The notes beneath the pieces were generated by a model. It was not told the DNA's origin. It was given only the letters and a program-made list of their open reading frames with translations, and made no database searches. This document shows, piece after piece, positions 1 to 9,076 of a stretch of 64,000 nt of DNA. Position 1 is the first letter of the stretch. Every line of letters begins with the position of its first letter. Source of the DNA: an uncultured delta proteobacterium (lineage in GTDB: Bacteria > Desulfobacterota > Binatia > UBA9968); the NCBI GenBank assembly GCA_963745835.1, contig CAVUZH010000024.1:1-64000 (forward strand), written 5' to 3'. The position numbers and the translations under genes are program-made.

Positions 1-228
1 TATGGAGCGAAAATGGTATCGACAACCACTCTAGAAAGTTAACTTGCCGCTTCAGTGGAGCCTCTAAAGAAACTTCCCTCATGTTCCCCGGTTTCCGTCG
101 CGGCGCGATCTGTGCGTTTCAGAAAGAAACACGGGTTTCAGCATAAAGACCGTCTATGCTATAGCTGACTGTATCGCGAGCTTATCTTAACCAATGCTGT
201 TGACGATTTTGATATCGACTTCAGTTAT

Positions 229-1311
229 TTATCGCTTTCGCTGAAGGACCTTCTGCACGTTTGCAATCATCGCCTCTGCCATTTCTATCTCCTTAGGCGA
301 CGAAACAAAGACGAGCTTGGCGTTGACTTTGTCGAGCTCCTTGGCTAAGGCCCAGTTTGTTCCCTTCCAAGCACGTCCTGAGAAATCATTTCCCTCCTCA
401 AACGCCAGGCCTTCAGTCGAAACCCATGCAGCAAAAAGCTTTGCCGCATTCGGATTCGGAGATCCGTCCACAGGCACAAGGACCTGGGGAACTATGGCGA
501 CAACCTCCTGAGGCGCAGCATCCACGGGTAATCCCTGTTTTTATAGGCTAGGATATGCGACAGGTTAGTTATTCCGAGCGGAGCTTCTCCCTTGGCAACT
601 GCGCGCGCGATGGCCGGATGCCCGCTTTCGAACAAAGGATCCTGCTGGGCCATCTTACCGGCAAAATCCAACGCCCATTCTTCGCCATACGCCAAAAACA
701 AAAGATATAGGCTGTTACCGCGCGGGTCGACAATAATTTTTTTCCCCTTCCACTTTGGATCCAAAAAATCCGTCCATTTTTTTGGGACCTCGTTCTTCGA
801 AACAAGCTTAGTATTGTAAATAGGAACGTAGGCAAGATGTTGGTAATCCAAAACCATGTTCTTGAGAAATCTGGCACCCGGTAGCCGCCTCCTTGATTCC
901 GGGCAGCGCGGTTCCGAAGGTACCAACCCAATCGAACTCCGCGAGAACGCTTTTCCCGGCCACGCGGTTCATCAAGGTGTATGAGGGATGAAGCAAGTCT
1001 ATGGTCAATCGATTCGCCGATTTCTCTTGCAGTACTCTCGTAACAGTTGCAGCTGCTGTTAACGGAAGGCTTTCGACAGTGATGTTAACATTAAACTTTT
1101 TATTAAAGCGTCGATTCATCTCCGCTACTACTTCGGGAGTCTCTCCGGAAGTCGCGTAGACAACGCGGCCTTCCTTATTAGCTTGCTGAACAAGCTGATT
1201 AAGTGGAGCCGCGGCAGCTGCATCTACGCGCCTGACCAAATTGGCTTGGAATAGAACCGAGAGTGTGAGACATACAGGAATAGAAATCGTATTAACCTTT
1301 AAAGGACGCAT
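229..1311 (-). pseudogene. ABC substrate-binding protein (AfuA/Fe3+-polyamine-like), split by about 3 frameshifts
   Basis: ORFs 808-1338, 569-931 (RVPDF segment), 492-926 and 229-525 join into one SBP: signal peptide, ANKEGRVVY, YNTKLV..PKKWTDFLDPKWKG, PNPNAAKLF. ATG at 1311 after GGAGGGAAAGGA. Confidence 0.8.
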
Positions 1312-1784
1312 GCTGAGTTCCTTTCCCTCCATTGTCATTGATTGTAAAAGAGGCGCTACGTATATCTAATCATCTCCCAAGGCGTCAAGAGTTTGGGTGC
1401 GAAGAATGGTCATGCAGAGCAATGATATATTTCTATTTCCGTTCTTTCTTTCCGAGGAAAGGGACACATACCTACGTTGACAGTGCTGGCCAGTGTTAAA
1501 GCCTCCGGCGAATATTCTAGTCCGCTTTGATTTGGCATGAGCCGTGAACGTCGCGAACCACAACTAGCATTTCTCATCGTCTTTCCGCCATATTAAAATC
1601 GGCTTCACGTAAATTGGCCGTTCAAATATCGCAGGAAATGACCGACGGCATGCGTTATCCGGTAGCGTTTTAAGTTGGTACAGGAAATGTCACATGGTTG
1701 CGAAACTGTATTAAATCCGATGAATGAAAGGACGTGACTTTCGTCTGTGTCTGCAAGAATAATCAGTCAGAAATTGTTGGCCAC

Positions 1785-2761
1785 TCAGTTCGCCGCTGTA
1801 TTCTTTACAAATAATTCATCAACAGTCATTTTTTGTCGACAAGGCCTTGGTCAAAAGAGTATTCGATGAACCGTTCCAAATTGGCGTAATTTCTTTCAAG
1901 GCCGTTGGGCCAGGGATCCCCTCTGAAGAGCAATCTTTGTTCTTCAAACAAGTGGCGTGCCCAAATCAATTGTGACCAGTTCGGATCATCATAGAATTCG
2001 TTGCAATTCTCTTTCGCTTTTTCAAAAGCTTTCATCACACTGTCGCTGGCCCACGGGTGTTTCTTCAGGATATCTTCTTTGAAGGCAATAACGTGCATAA
2101 TCGGGTAAAAGCCATTCTTGCGAAAATAAGCGAGCTCCTCCTTCTTCGGATCCGGAAACAGCCGCGTTATCTCCTCGCAACCTTCTAGCGCCTCTTTTGG
2201 TGGATGTGGCATGAACAGCGCGTCGATTTCTCCGTGTTTAAGCATCTGGCCAATTTTTTTACCACTAGGGAGGAGCTGCAGGCTTACTCCCTCTTGAACC
2301 TTAAACGCAACCGTCTCCTCATGCGCGACCACCCACTTTATATCGCGCCAAGGGACACCATACTCCGACTGAAGGTCCCCTTTGGCTAATACAGACAACG
2401 TCGTCTGGAAACTGCCGAGGCCTACTGTTTTACCAATCAGGTCTCTCGGAGATGATATGCCAGCGCTGGTGTTAACCCACATTTGCGAGTGGCTAAACAA
2501 GCGGCGCGGAAAAACAGGAATAGCCAGAAACGGCAGCCGGCGATTTCGAGTCATCAGGTAAGAGGATAAAGACAACTCACAAATATCAAACTCTCCGCTT
2601 TGCAGCATTCGTTCATGGCGGTTGGCACCGTCTCGCAATGGACTCGACTGCCCCACAATCTTTACGTTCAACTCAATACCATCCGCTTGCAAGCTACCGT
2701 CCATAAATGGAATGTGACGATCATAGTGAGAGAGGGCTATTGTAAGTTTCAGCTGATCCAT
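1785..2761 (-). CDS. 4,5-dihydroxyphthalate decarboxylase-like protein (SsuA/PhnD periplasmic-binding fold, no signal peptide)
   Basis: LTIALSHYDRH, FDICELSLSSY, IPVFPRRLF, GFYPIMH, DPWPNGL motifs; ATG 2761 after GGAGG. The ORF stops at 1826 in an A-run, but a one-base shift restores the typical tail MTVDELF to TGA at 1785. Confidence 0.75.
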
Positions 2762-2835
2762 ATTATGCCTCCATGTGCGCCGGCTGGTTGCACCTGCGCA
2801 ATCGGACACGCAGATTTCAGCTGCAAGCGCTGGGT

Positions 2836-3627
2836 TCAGCTAGCGCGCTCCCATTTGTCGACATCAACTTCCCATCCTTTCGTCTGGGACAGGTCAAGAC
2901 GATTGCCTTCCGGGTCTCGGAACCGAAATTCTGCATACGGCCGGTTTGTGGGGCGCGGCTTGACGGAAGCCGCTTCACTCAACCGATCAATTGTACCCGG
3001 TAGATCCTGTACAAGAAATCCGATGTGATTTACGCCGAACCCAGCTTCGTGGCCTTCTTTGGTGTCATAAAACGGATGAATCGCGAGATTCGTAAATCCA
3101 TCTCCGGCAAAACGATTGCCTAATTTCTGCTGTCTTCTCTCGAAGCTTGTCGCTAATTCTCGCAGATCAAGAACTTCGTTATAGAAGGAGAGCACGCGAT
3201 CCGGAACAAGCGCATTAAACGCAATGTGTCGAACTCTCGGAATGCGGCTTTCTTCTTTCTCTAACCCGAAGCCGCTTTCGGACAGGCTTATCGGATTACA
3301 TTCTGGATCAAAAATTCTAGCGGTCCCATAGTGAATGCCCCCGGGTTCATCGAGAACAAGTCCTTGCGGATCGTGCTTTAAATAGCGCGCCTTCACGGCA
3401 TCAATATCATTCACTTCCACGCCAATGTGATGAAGCCCAAGCCCCATCCTTGGCTCCTTCAGACCAGGCCGCCATTTCAAAATAGTGAGATTATAGAAGC
3501 CATCCGTTAAGGATACGTCGCCTTGGGCTGATTTGCCCATCTGTTGCAACTGAAGGTACTTACTATAAAACTCGGCCAGCTTGGCCGGAGTTTCACTTAG
3601 AAATGCTAGATAACGGATTCTTGCCAC
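2836..3627 (-). CDS. Two-domain VOC (glyoxalase/extradiol dioxygenase fold) protein
   Basis: Tandem VOC repeats: RYLAF..GLHHIGV..DPECN and RHIAF..GVNHIGF..DPEGNRLDLS; GTG start after AAGGAG. Confidence 0.85.
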   Translation of the reverse strand: MARIRYLAFLSETPAKLAEFYSKYLQLQQMGKSAQGDVSLTDGFYNLTILKWRPGLKEPRMGLGLHHIGVEVNDIDAVKARYLKHDPQGLVLDEPGGIHYGTARIFDPECNPISLSESGFGLEKEESRIPRVRHIAFNALVPDRVLSFYNEVLDLRELATSFERRQQKLGNRFAGDGFTNLAIHPFYDTKEGHEAGFGVNHIGFLVQDLPGTIDRLSEAASVKPRPTNRPYAEFRFRDPEGNRLDLSQTKGWEVDVDKWERAS

Positions 3628-3697
3628 AACGCACGCTCCTTATTTTTGCTAACATCTACACCAATGGTTCTCGTTCAAGGAGAATAGACGACGATCG

Positions 3698-4087
3698 TTA
3701 TTTTAGAGGCTTGTAATCTAAAAACCCATGTACTGAGATATCCATAAAGTTCCCATCTGGATCTCCAACCCGCATCTCAGCATACGGGGTTCCATCCGGA
3801 CGTTTTTTGATCTGTTTCTCGGGAGCATGCTTCCTAATCCGATCTAAAGTTTCGTCCATATTCTCCACCTGAATACCGAAATGATACAGCCCACTCGGGC
3901 TTTGCTGTTCTGAATTATCAAGGAGAGCTAATTCAAAATAGCCGTCGGTTAGGTGAACTGTTTTCTTACCAGCATGGCCGGGGTGACTCCCGCGATGTAG
4001 GTCTTTAAATCCAAAGACCTTAATGTAAAAATCTGCCAGCTTCTCCGGGTTTTCTGTCCTTATCGCCAAATGACGTATTGTTGCCAT
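3698..4087 (-). CDS. Single-domain VOC family protein
   Basis: IRHLAI, LTDG, GLYHFGI, DPDGNFMDIS; ATG 4087 after AAGGAGGG. Confidence 0.85.
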   Translation of the reverse strand: MATIRHLAIRTENPEKLADFYIKVFGFKDLHRGSHPGHAGKKTVHLTDGYFELALLDNSEQQSPSGLYHFGIQVENMDETLDRIRKHAPEKQIKKRPDGTPYAEMRVGDPDGNFMDISVHGFLDYKPLK

Positions 4088-4194
4088 GTAATAATCCCTC
4101 CTTTTTACCATTGCTTCTGACAATTCCTCATTCTTTGAAGTATCTACTTTTTGACGTAATTCGTGTTTGATGGATCATTCCTTCTTTTCATCGC

Positions 4195-5241
4195 CTAAGC
4201 TAGATCTATCCGGTCTTGCCTCAACAAAGCAGCAGGTGTCTCGAAACCTTTGGCCAGCTTCTCGATCTCGGTTTCTTCCAATATCGTTAGCATCCCGTCT
4301 TCGTAGATTTTTCTGCCATCTACGTAAACAGTCTGATTGAAGGTTGCCACATTCACTGGCGCGTGAGTTCTGCCTAAGTGGAAATGGAGAACTGTTGGGC
4401 TACAATGTGCATACGTCCACCAGGAATTGGGATCGTCGTCCCTCTTTACTGGGCATATGGTCTTAGGATTTGTGCCAGCATGCCAAGAATCCAAAAATCC
4501 ATCCGTTGCTTCTAGCTCCTTGATGATTGTGCTCGCGTCATCGCCTCCGCGGATTCCGGTCACCTTACCCTCACTTAGCTCAATTCTGATTGGCTCACTC
4601 GGTCGAAAGCCGCCCCGCACGTTAGCGTGATCGACGACGATTACACCCTCAGCTCCCATAGACATCAAAGGTGTGTGCACCCCCCCAGGAAAGTTACGAC
4701 TGGCGCGGCTATCATCCTCTCCACGTGCGAAGTAGGCTTGGGCAACAGTACTATCCGCCCCCCCTATATTTCCTCTCACGTCCGTTCCCCCAGGACTCGT
4801 AACTCGCCACGACTTTCCATTAGCAATGATGGAATCAATCGTCTTGATAATGGCCAGCTGCAAGCTGTACGGAAATCTTGCCCAGTCTGATCGAAGCAGT
4901 TCCGCAGACATGGCTCGATTGGTAGCTCGTGAACGTGTATCCCCTTCAACGTGAGGGTGAAGGATCTCTCTCTTGAGAGATGGAAAATGCGAGATAACGA
5001 TATCTCCGTTGATGAAGGCTTCCAGAACCGGTTTGGGTATCTCTTTGCTTCCTTTAGCGATCCCGTCTTCCCAAATCACCGTAGCCTTGGCCTCTTCTCT
5101 CTCTACAATTTCTTGAATCGCGCTAGAAACCTCCTCTTCTACCACCCCTTTCTGGTTCACAATATATACGTGGTTTCCTTTATTGACCCTGGCACAGTCG
5201 ACTACACAATTTTTCGCCCCGTGCTGCAACGCTTGATCCAT
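4195..5241 (-). CDS. M29 (aminopeptidase T)/NicX-fold metalloprotein of unknown activity
   Basis: RVTSPGGTD, NFPGG, AEGVIVVD, PIRIELSEGKV, AGTNP, HFHLG, VYVDG..IYEDG follow the M29/2,5-dihydroxypyridine dioxygenase fold pattern; RBS AAGGAG. Confidence 0.6.
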   Translation of the reverse strand: MDQALQHGAKNCVVDCARVNKGNHVYIVNQKGVVEEEVSSAIQEIVEREEAKATVIWEDGIAKGSKEIPKPVLEAFINGDIVISHFPSLKREILHPHVEGDTRSRATNRAMSAELLRSDWARFPYSLQLAIIKTIDSIIANGKSWRVTSPGGTDVRGNIGGADSTVAQAYFARGEDDSRASRNFPGGVHTPLMSMGAEGVIVVDHANVRGGFRPSEPIRIELSEGKVTGIRGGDDASTIIKELEATDGFLDSWHAGTNPKTICPVKRDDDPNSWWTYAHCSPTVLHFHLGRTHAPVNVATFNQTVYVDGRKIYEDGMLTILEETEIEKLAKGFETPAALLRQDRIDLA

Positions 5242-5349
5242 GATTGATCTCCTTCTTAGTTCCTAAGTTGGCGGGCCATTACATTCACTCCGGCCCGGCT
5301 GCTGACAGTCACTCTGACGTAGATCATTCGTTTTGAGATGCTCGAAACG

Positions 5350-6417
5350 TCACTCGGCGAAAATTTCCCGAAAGAGTCTGTTTAGCTCGCGGTAATTCTC
5401 TCCGACCCACTGACGGGAGAGATAGTGAATTCGCTTGCTGTCTAGTCCATATAAGAGACTCACATCCTGTCTGGACGCGAGCCGTCCAAACCCGGCAAGC
5501 ATCGTTTGCACGTCACGAGAGAAAAGGAAATCTATAAAGAACATGCCCGCATGCGGGCGGGATGCCTTTCGCGCCACCCACATAGCATCACTCGACTGCG
5601 TGAGGACAGGATCCATGAAATACATTTCGACTGGCGCGCCGGCCTTTTTCAAGTTAATACCTGAGTGGAGATACTGGTCGGGGAAAATGGCTGACTCACC
5701 TCCTGCGACTAATTGGCCGAGAAGTGTATGACCCCTCCTAATGTTCGGCTTGTTGGCCGCCAGCTTTTTGGCAAACTCGATCGCATTCTCACGGCCCATT
5801 GTTTCGATGAGGCCTCCAAGCCATTCAGCGTCTTCTTGATCGATTGCGATCAATCCTTTCCAGCGCGGATGTAAAAGATCCTGGTACTTTTTGGGCAGGT
5901 CAGCGGATTTAACTAAGTTAGTGTTATAAAAAACTGTGTAAAAAGTTGTCGTGACCGCATTGACCCAACCCTCGGTATCACCAAGGCCTTGCCGCACGAA
6001 CTTCCTGAATGGCGCCGCGTTTCGCGTGATGATTCCAGCACCCTTTAATTCTTCGACGAAGGAAGAAGGCGCGGTAATTACATCCGGAATGAACTTGCCC
6101 GCACGGTATTCAGTGTTTAAGCGATTAATCAGTCTCTCATGACCTAGCCTGACGACTTCGACCTTTAAAAATGGATGCCGCTCACCCAACATCTTCACGA
6201 CCGCTTCAGCGTTTCGCGGCTGCATGTCGGTATACCAATTCACGACACCGTCTTTCTTGGCTCCTTCCAATAAGATTTGGTTTCTTTCGTTATCGGGTAA
6301 CCCGTTGATCTGATCAACCACAGGTTGCACATCGCTGAAGACAGAGGATGGAAGAGACAAGAAGCAAAAAACAATTAGAATCGACGCCATAAAAGACTTA
6401 CTTAATGACGTGAACAT
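5350..6417 (-). CDS. ABC substrate-binding protein (AfuA-like)
   Basis: Signal peptide from ATG 6417, GAKKDGVVNWYT, YNTNLVK..LPKKYQDLLHPRWKG, RRGHTLL, RPHAGMFFIDF. Confidence 0.85.
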   Translation of the reverse strand: MFTSLSKSFMASILIVFCFLSLPSSVFSDVQPVVDQINGLPDNERNQILLEGAKKDGVVNWYTDMQPRNAEAVVKMLGERHPFLKVEVVRLGHERLINRLNTEYRAGKFIPDVITAPSSFVEELKGAGIITRNAAPFRKFVRQGLGDTEGWVNAVTTTFYTVFYNTNLVKSADLPKKYQDLLHPRWKGLIAIDQEDAEWLGGLIETMGRENAIEFAKKLAANKPNIRRGHTLLGQLVAGGESAIFPDQYLHSGINLKKAGAPVEMYFMDPVLTQSSDAMWVARKASRPHAGMFFIDFLFSRDVQTMLAGFGRLASRQDVSLLYGLDSKRIHYLSRQWVGENYRELNRLFREIFAE

Positions 6418-7102
6418 TTCATTTCTCTCTTTCAGTTCCCATCCCAAAGGATAATAGCTCTGAACCAGTACCAGCTGACGGGTTATGCCGGCTACTATAT
6501 TTCGAATCAACCGTATGTCAAATCCAATGATCACCACCCACATACCGTCCGAGCTGATTTAGCTTAAGCTAAACTGTACGTGTATGCGACGGAAACTACT
6601 AATTGTAACGTTAGTTTCTTGAGCGGCTGTCGAGCACGTTTTCCGTCGATGATCCGATTGCAGATTTGGACTGTGGCGCCTGTCCTACAGGCAGGCTGAT
6701 GCGAAATTGACGAGCTTTGGACGGGCATTTGCGGCCTCAAATGTTAGCACTGATGTTTAGGCGATTCCCCTCGAGAGGTGAACTACCAATAAGCCCGGCA
6801 GAGTGAACCTACGATTATGAACGCACCATGGTGGGAAACGGTCCGGATGTGATGTGGGCCACGGAGGCGATTAGGGACGACCTTGCGCGATGGCTTCTCT
6901 GCGTGCATGTAGAGTAAATTTAGCCTCGAGAGCATGCGCGCCATGTCTGCCTCTCCTTTAACAAACTAGTTCTACCGCTTTCGTAGGCTATCCCCTTCGC
7001 AATAGCGACGAGTGGATGAAGCTTTAGAGTCGGTGTACATCATCTTGGCTTCCACCTGGAAGACTGAAAACATGGCATGAACCACTCATCAGCTACTTAC
7101 GG

Positions 7103-7369
7103 CTATTTACTGTCCTTGGGCACAAGATCAGTGTTAAGCAACACTCCGCAGGAGGGACAGAGTAGTTGTTCGAGCTCAAAGTCATTCACGAGATCACGCA
7201 TCAGAGGTCCAGCCTCCGTAGGAGATGAAACTCGGCGCTCGGCTGCTAGACGCCAGTCGCTTCCCTCCTCACAAAAAATATGGCTGCAGGTCGCGCATCG
7301 GATCACGCCACCACTCGGCCCGCTAGTGTAAACCTCTAAATTCTCCCAAACAGGATGGGACATTTTCAC
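7103..7369 (-). CDS. Acetone carboxylase gamma-subunit-like zinc-ribbon protein
   Basis: 88 aa with IRCATCSH and LLCPSCGVLL; at the end of a hydantoinase A/B operon. Confidence 0.75.
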   Translation of the reverse strand: MKMSHPVWENLEVYTSGPSGGVIRCATCSHIFCEEGSDWRLAAERRVSSPTEAGPLMRDLVNDFELEQLLCPSCGVLLNTDLVPKDSK

Positions 7370-7408
7370 CGCTCAACTGAAAGTTTCACTTTGTTCGTTC
7401 TTCAAATC

Positions 7409-8056
7409 CTAAAGTTCTGGGTGGATTATCTTCAAAACTTCAGCAGTAGTGCGGACACGTCCCATCCGTGGAAAGACATTCTCCATGAAAACATCGTTTA
7501 CGTGGTCCGAGTGTCCCGAGCCGCAAGCATCGCGAACGATAATCAAGTTGTAATCCAGATCTCGAGCGGAATAGATCGTTGAAGCAACACCCACCTCGGT
7601 CGAGCCACCCGAGATAATTATCGTATCAATGCCGTGCGAGCGAAGAGCGAGATCCAGGTACGTTTGATGAAAAGCACTCCAGCGATATTTGGGTATATAA
7701 TAGTCGTCGGGCTGTGGTTCCAACTCCGGAATGACCTGAGAACTCGACTCCCCTGCGATCGCCGGTAGCCTCATTTTGCGGACAATTCCGTTCGGCCACG
7801 GTTGAAGGGCATTGTTGGTATCTGTTAATGTGAGCGCTGACGTTGCAAGATCGGGTCGGTGGTTGCCGTAGGCAAAGAAAATCGGGAGACCTGCAGCGCG
7901 TGCACAACGCATTAGGAGCCTGGCATTTTCTACCATAGGTTTCTTGCGCAGTTTCGCCGATTCGCTTGCTTCGTGATAATAGCCGTTCAACAGATCGAAA
8001 AATAGCACTCCGGTTTTCTTTAAGTCGATTTGATTCGGATTCATTATTTTCCTCAC
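7409..8056 (-). CDS. Isochorismatase/cysteine hydrolase family protein lacking the nucleophilic Cys
   Basis: FFDLLNGY, PKYRWSAFHQTYLD..LR, SGGSTEVGVAST, VRDAC. Confidence 0.85.
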   Translation of the reverse strand: MRKIMNPNQIDLKKTGVLFFDLLNGYYHEASESAKLRKKPMVENARLLMRCARAAGLPIFFAYGNHRPDLATSALTLTDTNNALQPWPNGIVRKMRLPAIAGESSSQVIPELEPQPDDYYIPKYRWSAFHQTYLDLALRSHGIDTIIISGGSTEVGVASTIYSARDLDYNLIIVRDACGSGHSDHVNDVFMENVFPRMGRVRTTAEVLKIIHPEL

Positions 8057-8062
8057 GCCTAT

Positions 8063-9070
8063 CTATTTACTACAGCCATAGCCGCCCTCACACGCGATGC
8101 CGATTTCGCGTTGAACCTGGCGAAGTAAGGTCAGATCCGCAATAGCTTCGATTTTGATATCAGAAGGATTTTTCTTCATGGCCTGTGCGGTCGTAGAGAT
8201 CCAGTCACGCATTCCATCTTCAGTAAAGCCACCGGGATCCTTGGAACTGATTGAGCTTTTTATATTGAGTATGGCATCTAGCGCGATTTTACGTTCCATT
8301 GAGAAGACCTTTTCTGCGATTTGAACGGCCTGATCAGGCTGGTCTCGCACTAGGATGAGCCCTTTTAGTGTCGCGCGTAGAAATTTTTTTACTGCCTCCC
8401 GAGAATCGGCCATAAATCGACTTCTGGCACCAAGTCCAGAAAAGGGCAATCGAGCCATATCGCCTGCGAAAGCCAATCGCTTCACCCCTTTCAGACGGTT
8501 CTGGGCGATTGCAGCGGTATCTGGATTGAACAGGCCACCGGCGACACGTCCTTCAACTAGCGCGAGCATTCGTTGAGCATCGTCTCCCAGAGGTAGTAAT
8601 GTGTAGTCCTTATCTATAAGGCCGTTGCTTTTCAGCATTTGCCTCATGGTGGAGTCCATCCCACCTCCATAGCTTGTGATGGCGATATTCTTACCTCGCA
8701 GATCGGCGAAAGAGCGAATGTCAGGAGCTACCATAAAAAGCCATGTGAGTCGATCATAGTAAAACATGATAGCTTTTACGGGTGCCTCCTGTATCGCTGC
8801 CGTCATAACAGAACTAGCGTTTGCAAAATGCACCTCGCCGGAGAGCAGCGCAGCCATACCTATATGACTCCGAATCACTGGGATAATAACCTCCAGTCCT
8901 TCTGCTTTAAAAAATCCCTTTTCTTGGGCAACATACGAAGGAAGCCAGCCAAAGCTTTTTGCTGGTATTGACTCGATCAGCTTCGTTTGCGCTTGCGAGC
9001 ACCGCGGTTGGCTCAATATTGGCCAGACTAAGAACAAGAAGACTGCTATTTTCACAATGAGTTTTGCCAT
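8063..9070 (-). CDS. ABC substrate-binding protein (NMT1/THI5/SsuA-like)
   Basis: Signal peptide, YVAQEKGFFKAEGLEV, ALLSGEV, DLRGKNIA, VKKFLRA. Confidence 0.85.
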   Translation of the reverse strand: MAKLIVKIAVFLFLVWPILSQPRCSQAQTKLIESIPAKSFGWLPSYVAQEKGFFKAEGLEVIIPVIRSHIGMAALLSGEVHFANASSVMTAAIQEAPVKAIMFYYDRLTWLFMVAPDIRSFADLRGKNIAITSYGGGMDSTMRQMLKSNGLIDKDYTLLPLGDDAQRMLALVEGRVAGGLFNPDTAAIAQNRLKGVKRLAFAGDMARLPFSGLGARSRFMADSREAVKKFLRATLKGLILVRDQPDQAVQIAEKVFSMERKIALDAILNIKSSISSKDPGGFTEDGMRDWISTTAQAMKKNPSDIKIEAIADLTLLRQVQREIGIACEGGYGCSK

Positions 9071-9076
9071 AGTAAG

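Noticed and set aside
1366-1563. 65-aa minus-strand ORF in the gap between SBP and decarboxylase-like genes
   Set aside because: No RBS, no motif and atypical composition.
1826-1828. TGA ending the 1826-2809 ORF as a possible selenocysteine codon
   Set aside because: The family-typical tail continues in another frame after an A-run, so it is a frameshift, not read-through.
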